Source of the DNA: Octopus bimaculoides
Lineage: Eukaryota
Direction of reading: 5' to 3'
Assembly (NCBI RefSeq): GCF_001194135.2
Contig: NC_068987.1
Span: 72,197,159 to 72,261,158 of the forward strand
DNA: 64,000 nt
Position numbers and translations under genes: made by a program. Shown piece by piece: positions 52,452-64,000 of this stretch (position 1 is its first letter; each line of letters opens with the position of its first letter). The notes under the pieces were generated by a model. That model was not told the DNA's origin. It made no database searches and worked only from the letters and a program-made list of their open reading frames with translations.

Positions 52452-53742
52452 TTGATATATATACATATATTCATTATTAATTCAACATCCACTTTTTCAT
52501 ACTTGCATGGGTCAAACAGAGTTTATTGAGGTAGATTTTCTGTAGCCAGATGTTACATTATCTACTGACAAATTGTCCAGTAGTTCTGCAATTTCAAAGA
52601 CAAATGGATTAATAAAAAATTTTTTTTTAATATTACTTGTAAAACAGATAAGGGTTAGCAACAGGAAGGGCATCTGACTATAGAACAATGTCACAACATG
52701 TATTTGTCCAACTCATGCTAACATAGAGAAACAGGCATAAAACAAAGGAAAGGTGGAGTGGCAGAGTAGTAGTGTTGAAATGAATAGTATCTTATAATAT
52801 TTTATTTTATCTCAACATGTTCTGATTTCAAATCTCACTGAAGTCAACTTTGCATTTCATCTTTTTAGTTGTTAAAGCACACACACACACACACACAAAG
52901 AAAAAAAAACAATCAAGTACTAGAATAGATATAATCAACTGATCCCCTCACCCAAATTTCTGGCCCTGTGTAAGAGAGCAATAGTTTGTTTTGTATTCAA
53001 ATTCTACCAGAATCGTCATTACAGAGAGAGTACTTCTATGTGGTCACTCAACTTGTTAGAAATAGAAACCAGACCTCCCTCAAACAACACCCACTATGTT
53101 AAAAATGAACGGGGAAAAATATTACATAATGTATTTTTAGATAAATTGTCTCAATAAAAGATGGGATTAGTTATGTTTGGAACATCTCTGATCATAGCCC
53201 TACTTGATCAGGACTAATTATAGCCTAACAACAAAGGAGTTCTTTTTTTGGTCATTCAACCTGCTAGAAATAGCAAACAAATCTTCCTCAAATCACACCA
53301 CAGTCTTAAAAAAGAAAAATAATGTAGATCAAGATACATTATATCTGAAACGAAGATAAGATGACCATGGCCACAACATCTTTGATCATAGGATTAAGCC
53401 CAGTTTTTTGTTTTACTGCTTAGGAAGAGAAGGGCAGTGCATATCCTCATCATCTTCATCATTTATTTGTCTACTTTTCCATTCTTACATGGATCAAGCA
53501 GAGTTTCTTGAGGCAGATTTTCTAGAGCTGGACGCTCTTCCTGTTGCCTGCCCTCACCTGTTCGAAGCAAGGTGATATCTCTCCATGGCCAGACATGTTC
53601 TTGCAGAATATTGGAAATGAATGACATTGCTTATATGACAGTGACATACACAACTATCACACAATGTCAAGACAAAGAAACACAAACATACATACACCTC
53701 CCCTCTCACACACATATATACAAAGACACATACACCTTCCAC

Positions 53743-53777
<35 letters not shown>

Positions 53778-55282
53778 NNNNNNNNNNNNNNNNGGAAGCA
53801 AGCTTCTCAACCACACACCCACGACTGTGTTTATGAACTTTTATTTGTTTTCACTTCCACTAGAAGAAAGAAGGATGCTATCCTCAATTTGGAGATTTGT
53901 CTTGAGTGATAACAACAGAATGGACTCCACTAAGGACTGGGTAATATTAAGTTTCCTACCCCAAAATTCAGAAGGCAGAAAGTCATGACAAATACTGCAA
54001 GCCACCTCACTTGGAAATGTTAACAATTCCACCAGTCCGATGTCCTAGACTGATTCTTTATTTTATTGATGCTAAAAGGGTGAAAAGTAAAGTTGGCCTT
54101 GGTAGGATTTGAATGCACTGAGCTGACACAAATACTACAAGCATTGTGTCTTCTGCTCTAACTACTCTTCATATTTGCTACCAGGGCATAAGCAAGCCAA
54201 TTATATACCAGATGTATACTGCAGGTGACAGTCCCTCTCTTTCAAATCTCTGGCTTTCTGATATATGAAATCATTATTAGCATAGTTGTTAGGATAAATA
54301 CTGGGTTTTTGGATTTACTCACTCTACATATTTGGAAATTGCTTTGAAGCTCTTTTTCATTTGCACCAAGCATTTAGCTTTGTATGTTTTCACCTGAATA
54401 TGAAGAATACATTATGAGTTAAAGGGACCAAGTGTCTATATTTTAGATTACTGGCCTCTCAATGTTGATGTCACCCTTATGAGATCCAGAAAATTATCCC
54501 TAAATGAAGCTGTACCTCCTGTGAACCAACAAGGGGACTTCTGCACATTGACTAAAACCGCTAGAAATAAGAACCAAGTCTTCTCCAGATTACACCTTAC
54601 TTTCTCAGAAGGTGAGGGATTCTGAATAAAATAGTCCTGGGTTAACATTAGAAAAAAAAAACCTAACAAACTAATGGGACTCATGGTTTCATCATCATCA
54701 TCATTGTTTAATGTCTGCCTTCCAAGCTGGCATGGGTGGGACGTTTTGACAGGAGATGGCCCGACAGAAGCCTGCACAAGACTTCTTTGTCTGTTTTGGC
54801 AGGATTTTTACAGCTGGATGCCTCTCCTAACACCAACCACCCAGCAGAGTGGACTGAGTGCTTTTTATGTGGCACAAGCACAGGCGAGGTCAGTTTTGGC
54901 AAGGTTTTCAGTTGGATGNNNNNNNNNNCAGGCGAGGTCAGTTTTGGCAAGGTTTTCAGTTGGATGCCCTTCCAAATGCCAACCACTTTACAGTGTGGAC
55001 TGGATGCTTTCTAAGTGGCACCAGCACTTACAAGGTCATCAAGTTACTTGCAGGACAAAAATCTTTTGAGAGGGGAGGAGGCATTGGAGGAGGTGATCTT
55101 GTGTCAGATGATAGTGAGACATAGAGACAGAAACAGATGTCTTGCTGTAGAGACAATGTGACCTGGCTGGAGAGAGAGAGAGGTGTGTGTATATACACAC
55201 GATATGATATGATATTACATATACCTAACATATTGAGTTTGACATGAGATAATGTTTGCACTGTATAAAATATATACTTTCC

Positions 55283-55404
<122 letters not shown>

Positions 55405-58400
55405 CACACATAAGCAGCAGAATTATTAGTAGTCGTTCAGCCAGTGCTATTTTTAAACACAATTTTTAAAATTCAAAGAAAATCTCTTAATCATTGTAAT
55501 TGATAAAAAATTTTTTTTATCATCAGTCACTGTAATTTATTGGAAAAATTTAATTTCATTTTCTAGTAGAAATATAGCAATATGTATTTTAAAAAAATTC
55601 ATATTGATTATTATGTAAAAAAAAAAAACCTCTCCAGTTTTGGTTATTGATTACAGCATAAAAAAGCCCAGTTTCCATGAATATAATATTTTCAATTTTG
55701 TATATAGTTTCAAGGTATTTGCATTTTATTTTACAATAATTCTCATATAGATAATGTAGAAATGTCGATCGTAAAAGCTGTTGACAAAGACATCTACACT
55801 GGTGTCAAGCACATGATTAGTTTTCATGTGTTATTCGATATTGTACAAGTCTTTTGACAGACACTACTTACTTATTGAAGTTCTTTGTCTTTTTGTGTAG
55901 TACGTGTTGAGCAGATCAGGCTGGGAAGATCTTCTTTCTCCAAGTAAAAATTCATGGGAGATATTTGAACTTGGCAATCTGCTGGAATTCTCCCTGCTAT
56001 CACCACCACCATCACCATTGCCACCACCATTGTATTTCCTGTCGATACTGACTTTTAGATATCCGATCTGAATATAAACTGAATCTATCTCATCAGTCTT
56101 GAGAGATGCCTTTTCCCCTGTTATTTTAAGGATCTGCAAAGGTGTTGCATTCAGTCCCTTCTTCTAAGACTTAAAAAAAAAAAAAGTTCATAAAAATGTT
56201 GTTTAGTATTCTTATACAAGCAAAATGGCTATGTGAATAAGGTATTGGACTACTGTCTCATAGTTTGTGAGTTCAAATCTGCTGCAAGTATTTTGCAGTG
56301 CTTCTGGGCTGGATATTTTATTCTGCATGTCTCAAGCCAGATATAGGTACCAGGTCATACAGGGATGTTAACTGTGATAGATTACAATTGATAGTGTTAT
56401 CCAGACGAAGATTAATTTCTCATTTTGCTTCATGCTGTGAAACTAAATACTGGTCCTCAGTGGGCTCTTTGAGTATTAAGAGTCATTTCTTCTCAACAGC
56501 CACCTATGGTAATTCTTTCCCATTTAGTAGAGTAAACCACTGTGTCTTTGTATCAGTGCCAAGATATGAATTGCTGACACTTTTGGTAAGGATTTAATTG
56601 TTTTGGCCAGCTGCCAAGGCTATTTTGGTCACTGTATAGTTTGAACCATTGTGGGGGTATATACAAATGAATCACTTGACTTGTAAAAATCCAATACATT
56701 GATATAAAGTGTCACCCAAGTATGTTATATATATTTAGTCTCATGCTCTATTCCAGCTAGATATTCAGTTTGTAGCTTTCACCTTTGTCCCAAAGCTTCT
56801 TCAATATTTTCCTTAAGCCTAGACTGGACTGGTTCTATAGTTGCTGGAACCTTGGACTAGCAGAATTTTGGTGCCCTTACAGTTATTTAATTTTTTTGTT
56901 TAATTTTCACAAGGAATACAATTTGTAAATGTAGGAATGAAGTGTTTACTACAATTTATGAAAAGTAAGAATAAAGCATCTGTTTTATTTAGTATTTTTC
57001 TTCAAAGATCCCAAATATGATGTGATGTTGTTAAACATTAAATGTCCCAGGCAACTGCTCAAGTTACCAGTCAAATCGTAGAAGCCTAGAATTTGGTTTT
57101 GTGTATTGTCATATTGTTATTGCTGGATGATAAACTTATTTGGAGACCTCTTTGTCAGCTAAGCAAGATGAGGCAAGCAGGCAAATTTACAAATCTTTCT
57201 TAATGGAGTAGAACATTGCAATGACTATAGCTTAAAATTTGAAGATATAATGTCTCAAATTTTGGCACAAGGCCAGTGATTTTAGTGGGAGGAAGTTAGT
57301 TGGTTATATTGACCCTAGTATTTGACTAGTACTTTATTTTATTGACCCTGAAAGGATGAGATTGTGAAAACTTGGGACAAATACTGCTAAGCATTTTTCC
57401 AACACTCTAAAGATTCTGCCAGCCTGGTGCCTTGAGATTTGAACACACAATAATATGGCCACCAGTCGAGTGATTTACATTCATAACCTTCTGTGTGGGA
57501 TAGATCTCACTGTGGTTTCTATAGATTAGTGTTCCAACCACCACCTGGTACCTTTGGTGCATTTAGTACAGAGTTCACTGTAAGCATTCAGACCTAGTCT
57601 CCAGTTTGAGGATACCTCTCTCACTCTTACCGGTCTTAGAATGTGAAGGATCATGGGCACTGATTCCCCTCTTGACTAGAAGATAAAAGAAAAAAAAAAT
57701 ACTGTATTTTGGTGTAAATGACTGAATATACTCCAGATCAGACTGGTGGAGATTTTCCTTCTCCAAGTAACATTCATAAGAGGTTTTGAACTTGGTAATC
57801 TGCTGGAATTCTCCTCAAGTAGAATCAGTATTGTAGTGTGTGGTAAAGCTGGTCTTTTAATTATTCCAGGTGTAGTCTATTTGATAGCCTTTCATACAGT
57901 TTCTGTCTACCTTATTTGACCCACAAGATGTTAGTTGACTTGTGGTTATAGTAGAGGATACTTGACCAAGGTGTGTCACACAGTGAGGTCAAATCCAGCA
58001 TCTTATGATTGCAAAGTGAACTTTTTAATCAACTTTTATGAAAATCTGCTGAAGTCTGCTGTGTTCAAATTTCTGGAAACTAGCATGAAACCATATATAC
58101 ATATAACTACAGACACTAAACACACACACACACACTTCCCCCATCCCTCAGTATGGTTAAGAAGTTAGCTTTGTAATCACGAGGACCAGGTTCTGATTGC
58201 TCTATGTGACATGTTGGGCAGTATCAGTTTCTGTTATACCATGTGCATGAAATTGGGTAGACAGAAACTGTATGAGAGCCTGCTGGATGGATTCCACTTA
58301 CAATTCAAAGGTCTGGCTTTATAATACTGTGTCATGCTGATTCTACTTGAGATCCATTAAATATATGGGTGGATGTTACAGATATTTTATTAAATATTCC

Positions 58401-58410
58401 TAAAATCTCA

Positions 58411-58655
58411 TTGTGTATTGGGAGAGTCATTATGCCGGGAGTGAGAGGGTAAGTCAGTAAGTCACTGAAAAGATTGTGAACAGCGACGAAAAAACTTTGA
58501 CTAACAAACAATTAATTGTTTAACCAACACATTAAACAAATAATTGATTAGTTAGTTGATTAGATATTTAACCAATTGACTAACAATAAAGAAGTGGAAT
58601 TAAACCTGTGTGTGTGTGTTATTGTTATTGGTGTAATGACTCTCCCATGACACAA
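58411..58655. mobile_element. MITE-like element with 26-bp terminal inverted repeats
   Basis: TTGTGTATTGGGAGAGTCATTATGCC and GGTGTAATGACTCTCCCATGACACAA. AT-rich interior; no clear TSD. Confidence 0.6.
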
Positions 58656-60014
58656 CAAAATTTGCTTCAACACACAAATTCACATCAAGAATCTTGCAAA
58701 CCAAATACAAGAACAGCCTAAAATCTTAGTTGTATCAAAAATTAATTGAAACCTGGGTAGTCGACTTGCTAGAAATATGGTTCTAAAAGAGTTAACAGTT
58801 ATTCCTCACAACCCAGCATTGATCATCCTTTTGCATTATATCCCAAACAACCAACTTGTTTAACTCTCTTATATTGGCCAGAACCCAACACAGATGCCAC
58901 TTTGTGATTTCTGCCCCCAAATAGAAATAACAGCCAAATTTCTCTCGAATCACATTTTACTGTCTTAAAAATTTTAATGTAGTAGCCTTGGGAAAAATGA
59001 CAGGAGGGTTACTACTGGAGAACCTTTGATCACAGGTCTACTCAATCAGGGTTTATCAGTGGTGAGACATTATAGCCTTTATTGGCCAATACCTTTGATA
59101 ACTGGCTACATTCTCAGTTTGTAAAAGCAGTCTGATTGAATGGATACATTAACAGTGTTTGGAACACTAACAGTTCCAAACTCTAGGTCTTGAGATCAGT
59201 TCCATGATATATGTTTTATGTGAATCTTGGAAGCACATTTTATTGCAAATGCTTTAATCACTGTTGATTAGGTGAACTAACCAACTAGTAACCTGATTGG
59301 GTGGTACCCTCTTGGGAGCACTGAGAGCTCACAGGGGAATTGACAGATGTCAAGGGGTGGTGCTGTAGGGATGCTGGGTAAAATACTCATAGTTTAAACA
59401 CTTAAAAAGAAAAAAATACTTTGTCAGGATTAAAACATGAATAGAAAATTGTGTTATCAGTGAGCAGAAACATGAATGGTGATGTGCCAAGGTCCAACAT
59501 AAATTCATTATATAAGTCCTTACCTTTAGTAATCTCTACAAAAATTTAACAGAAGATGCACAAGCCCATACAGTTATCTAAAAAGAAGTACATAATGGAT
59601 AAAATAGTACAGTATGGATAATAAATTAGCTTGCTTCATTGAAATAATCTGCTGTTGCTTTTTTATTTTGCAAAACAAGAGAATTGTGTGTATTGCAGGG
59701 TATTTGTAAAACAACATTTATATTAAATGGCACTGAACTCCAAAATATTGAGAACCAGTATATTAGACTATTTGGGAATCTTCCCTGCAGTAGATTACCC
59801 AAAGGAAGATTTATATCAGTTTCTTAATTTCATGAAACCAGAACTGAACACTGACCCTTAAAGTTTCCCCCAGGACTTAGCAGTTACTTACTCTCACATT
59901 TCACTTCCACTCATACTTTCTCTTATTATTATTATACACCCAAAGACCCACACTCACTTGATTTGTTTCTCTAATCACTACCAACATTCTCTGCAATCAA
60001 TTCACATCTGTCAT

Positions 60015-60395
60015 TATCAAACATGCTAATTACAGAATTTTATGGGATTTCTCCATAAAGAACGACCTCGTTATTGAAGCAAGGAAACCTGATATGATCA
60101 TAGGAAAAAAATGTAATATCATAGACTTTGGAATACAATATGATAGAAGATATCAAGGAAATTGAGAAAACTGAGAAATACTAGGACTCAGCAAGAGAGA
60201 CAAAGAGATTGTGGAAGATGAAAGAGTAAAAGTGCCAGTTGTTCCTGTGGTGATTGATGTACTTGGCACAACACCCAAGCTGCTACCTAAGAAGCTGGAG
60301 GATACTGGAATTGAGACATGCATTCTTAACCTGCAGAAAAGTGCCATCTTGCATTCTGCAAGAATCCTCTGAAAGATTCTTGCAATATGCAGAAA
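60015..60395 (+). mobile_element. R4/Dong-like REL endonuclease fragment, different family
   Basis: NYRILWDFSIKNDLVIEARKPDMII...IIDF...EKY...RLWKM...VPVVPVVIDVLGTTPK...LQKSAILHSARIL, with stops and frameshifts. Confidence 0.8.
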
Positions 60396-60839
60396 CTTGT
60401 TGATATCAAACCCTAAGATAATGTCCCTGTTAATTAAATTAGTAGTTTGAATTAACAATAATAATAATAATCCTTTCTTATTTTGACATAAGGCCAGCAA
60501 ATTTTGAGAACTGGGGAAATTGATTACATCAGCCCCGTTGCTCAATTGATACTTATTTTATTGACTCTGAAAGGATGAAAGGCAAAGTTGAGCTTGGTGG
60601 AATTTGAACTCAGACCATAAAGATGAACGAAATGCCACTAAGTATTTTGTCTGGTGTGCTAACGAGTCTGCCAGTTTGCTGCAGTAATAATAATAATAAT
60701 CCTTTCTACAATAGGCACAAGACCTGAAATCTTGGGGGAAGGGGACTAGTTGATTACATCAACCTCAGTGCTTGATGGCACTTATTTCATTAATTCCCAA
60801 AAGGATGAAATACAAAGTAGACCTCGGTGGAACATGCAT

Positions 60840-61435
60840 AGGCTTGAAAGGAATGAAGCCAGTATGCTTCACTGGATGTGCAATGTCAGTGTGCATGTCT
60901 GACAGAGTGTAAGCATCTTAAGAGAAAAGTTAAGCATAAGGGGTATCAGATGTGGTGTGTAAGAGAGACTACTGCACTGGTATAGTCATGTGATGTGTAT
61001 GGATGAGGGCAGTTGTGTAAAGAAGTGCTGATCTCTAACTGTGGAGGGAACATGTGGTAGAGATAGACCCAGGAAGACATGGGACAAAGTGGTGAAGCAT
61101 GATCTTCGAACTTTGAACCTCACAGAGGCAATGACTAGTGACCGAAACCTTTGGCAATGTGTTCTGCTTGAGAAGAAGACCCATCAAGCTGAGCAAAATT
61201 GCAGTTGTGGCAGATACTAGTGTCACACAAATGGCACCCGTGCTGGTGGCATGTAACAGCACCCATTACACTTTTGGAGTGGTTGGCATTAGGAAGGGCA
61301 TCCAACGGTAGAAAACGATGCCAAATCAGACTGGAAACTGGTGCAGCCTTCCAGCTTGCTAGCCCTGGTCAAACCGTCCAACCCATGCTAGAATGGACAA
61401 CGGATGTTAAATGATGATGATGATGGTGATGATTA
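60840..61435 (+). mobile_element. RTE-clade LINE 3' fragment with (TGA)n tail
   Basis: LLHWYSHVMCMDE...VEGTCGRDRPRKTWDKVVKHDL...DRNLW matches the RTE C-terminal RLRWxGHV...GRP..W motif. The 3' UTR gttggcattaggaagggcatcc...ccaacccatgc...tgatgatga follows. Confidence 0.8.
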
Positions 61436-62316
61436 ATTACACCGTCCAGCTTTAATAAATATGCTCTATGCTGCACAAAATAAGGTTATACAAAAAATGA
61501 AATGCATTAGTAATATATTCACTTTGCAGCACAAACAATTTCTTTAAGATTTTTCATACTGTAATAGTTATTAGTATAAAATAAATTTAAATATTGACTG
61601 CATATGTAAAGGTGGTTTTAGTCATGGTGGCTAAAAACAAACTAAATAATGTGTGGAGAAAAATTTTCTTTTTGTTTCCATATGTTAATCATTTGGTTAA
61701 TATTGGGTCAAACATTTCTTCTATTTAACAGACAGGGAGAGGAGTACTGATGCAATATAGCTGTACATATTTTCAATTTATGGCTGCATATGCTATTTAT
61801 GACTCTATTTACAGCTGGTGTACCCACATAAAATTCTGATTTTCTCTGTCCTCGATCTCACAATATCGTTTATACCAACTAAACATTATTTATTTTCTGT
61901 CAACTATTGTTTTCTGACATTTTCGGCATGGACACTTTCCTGAGAAGGAAACAAAAACAAATCATTTATTGTTAGAAAATGAAGAGAATATATGTTGTTA
62001 CTGCTGTTTTCCTTCTTTTTTTTTTGCCCATAGGTCAGTCCTGATCAAGTATACTTTTGATCAACTATGTTTAAGGTATAATCATCCTGTAATACTCTTT
62101 CCTGATTTTTTGTTTTTATAAAAACACGAAGGACCTTTGGTAGCTATTTCAAGTAGGTCAAGCCTCTATGTAAGTGATCCTTCATTGGCTAGGAAGCTCA
62201 TAGTTTGGGCTTATGTGTATGTGATCAATGATGGTAGCATCTTTCCTGCTCAGAAACTAATTGGATGATGGACTTCTTCTGCTGTATAAATTATAAGCAA
62301 AGATCTAGTGTTTTAA

Positions 62317-62538
62317 CCCTTTCATTACCATATTTCTTTTGAGTTGCTCTGTGTTTCTTTCAATAAATTTTAAATATAACAAAGAATTTAGTAAAATAAC
62401 TTAGTTATCATTAAGGTAGTGTTAGGAACATAAACTGTGACTAAGGTTTGGTGGAAGATTTTAATTCAAAACTTATGAAAACAAGACATTTGTACTACAG
62501 AGCCAGAAGTGATTTCAGCTAGGTTGGTATCGAAAGGG
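62317..62538. mobile_element. piggyBac-like MITE, family B (222 bp)
   Basis: TTAA|CCCTTTCATTACCA ... TGGTATCGAAAGGG|TTAA. Confidence 0.8.
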
Positions 62539-63967
62539 TTAAAACAATTCCAGTCTGGTGGCTAAGTGGCATTGTATGAGGGCTCACTGGTCTAAGAAAT
62601 TTGTGATGTCCACAAGAGAACAGACTAGGTGTGCTGATCACAGCTATCAACGCTTGTGAAATTTACTTTCCTGTGTTAGGGTCTGTTTTCATTTCCAGTC
62701 TTCAAGTATGGAATGATGCGAAACAGAACAAAATGTGCTTATAATGAAGATGAGCACTAGAGAAATTTACTTTTCAGCTCAAACTTCTCTTTGTTGCAAT
62801 TATGAAAAGAACTGACTCTTAAGATTACAGTATCCAGTGTATCACTTAAATTTCAAGATTGTACAATGTGATGTAATTAACAGTTTAGAAGCTCTGGTTG
62901 ATCTATTTGGAAAAGAAAGAAAGGAAAATGCGGTGGATGAATATAGAGGATGTGTAATATTGGTTTCACATTTTGGCACAAGGCCAGTAATTTCAGGGGA
63001 GTGGGTCAGTCGATTGCATTGACCCAGTGCTCGACTGGTACTTATTCTATCGGCCCTGAAAGGATAGGCAAAGTCGATCTTGACAGAATTTGAACTCAGA
63101 ACATAACGATGAACAAAATGCCACTGTGCTAACAATTCTGCCAGCTTGCCATCCTGAGAATGTGTAATATTGTAAGGTAATGAAATATAAACACAGAATG
63201 TAAAGGATGTGCAAAAGCTGTTTTCATTGATATGTGTATTGGACAATTCACTGTTTTACACACACACACACATGTACATATGTCTTTTCATTAATATGTT
63301 TGTTAGACAACTCACTGTTATATACATGCACATGTGTTACTCTACCCATATATATAAATGATAAATGATATATGCATATGTGTGTGCTTTTATGTGTGTA
63401 TTATATCATCGTCATTGTTTAACATCTGCTCTCTATGCTGGCATGGGTTGGATGATTTGACATGGAGCTGGCTAGCAGGGAGATGTCTAGACTCCTAACT
63501 GTCTCTTGTGACATGGTTTCTACAGCTTGATGCCCTTCCTAATGCCAACCACTTAACAGAGTGTGCTGTGTGCTTTTTACATGTTTATGGCTGGTCAGAA
63601 AGTTTCCATTGGTTTCACGTCTGCTAATGCCCTTAGCAATGCAAGCAACTTAATTTTTTTGTGTGTGTGTGTGTGTTTATTAAGAGGATTTGACAATTCA
63701 CATCTATAACTGCCACTTATAGAAGTGTGTTTTCAATCATTCAGTATTTTTTTTTTAAATGTAGCGGAAGCCCATAGCAAATATCATAGGTGGCACACTC
63801 ATTAATCAGAATTGGACTCATCCAACACATCTGTCACTCCTATTGTATCCTGGAGACGTCAGCTCAAAGTTGTTCAAACATCTGCTCTATTGATGTTTGT
63901 TTAGTCCTAGGTGAGTGAGCCTGATAGAGCAAGCAGACTTATAAACAAAAACATTCTAATCAAGGTA

Positions 63968-64000
<33 letters not shown>

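Noticed and set aside
54881-54966. 38-bp exact direct repeat
   Set aside because: The copies sit on either side of a 10-N gap, so this is most likely an unmerged contig overlap.
56050-56100. Minus-strand CTGATGA GATA...TATC as a hammerhead
   Set aside because: No GAAA and no convincing stem I.

Overview
AT-rich, microsatellite- and retroposon-dense eukaryotic DNA. The repeat landscape looks like Octopus (inference from recalled repeat families) and the draft assembly has N gaps. The main gene is ORC1 on the + strand: 13 exons from 1440 to 28836, all GT-AG and phase-compatible. They encode about 885 aa: the C-terminal part of the BAH domain, a long S/D/K-rich disordered region, the AAA+ domain ([13 protein letters not shown]) and the C-terminal winged helix. 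The 5' end lies upstream of the window. The first coding exon of FAM91A1 is at 41526-41597 (+); I found no exon 2 before 64000. The rest is SINE-like repeats, decayed RTE and R4/Dong-like LINEs, mariner and maT remnants, and MITEs (TA, TTAA and 8-bp target duplications). The most interesting unannotated signal is a set of minimal hammerhead-ribozyme motifs in Penelope-type terminal-repeat remnants. One at 43263-43297 is fully intact, and sister copies show compensatory stem changes. Other candidates: a near-perfect inverted repeat pair flanking ORC1 exon 4 (circRNA or ADAR substrate), a 33-bp variable-core minisatellite beside the FAM91A1 promoter, and possible antisense exons inside FAM91A1 intron 1. 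No prokaryotic system or CRISPR array is present.
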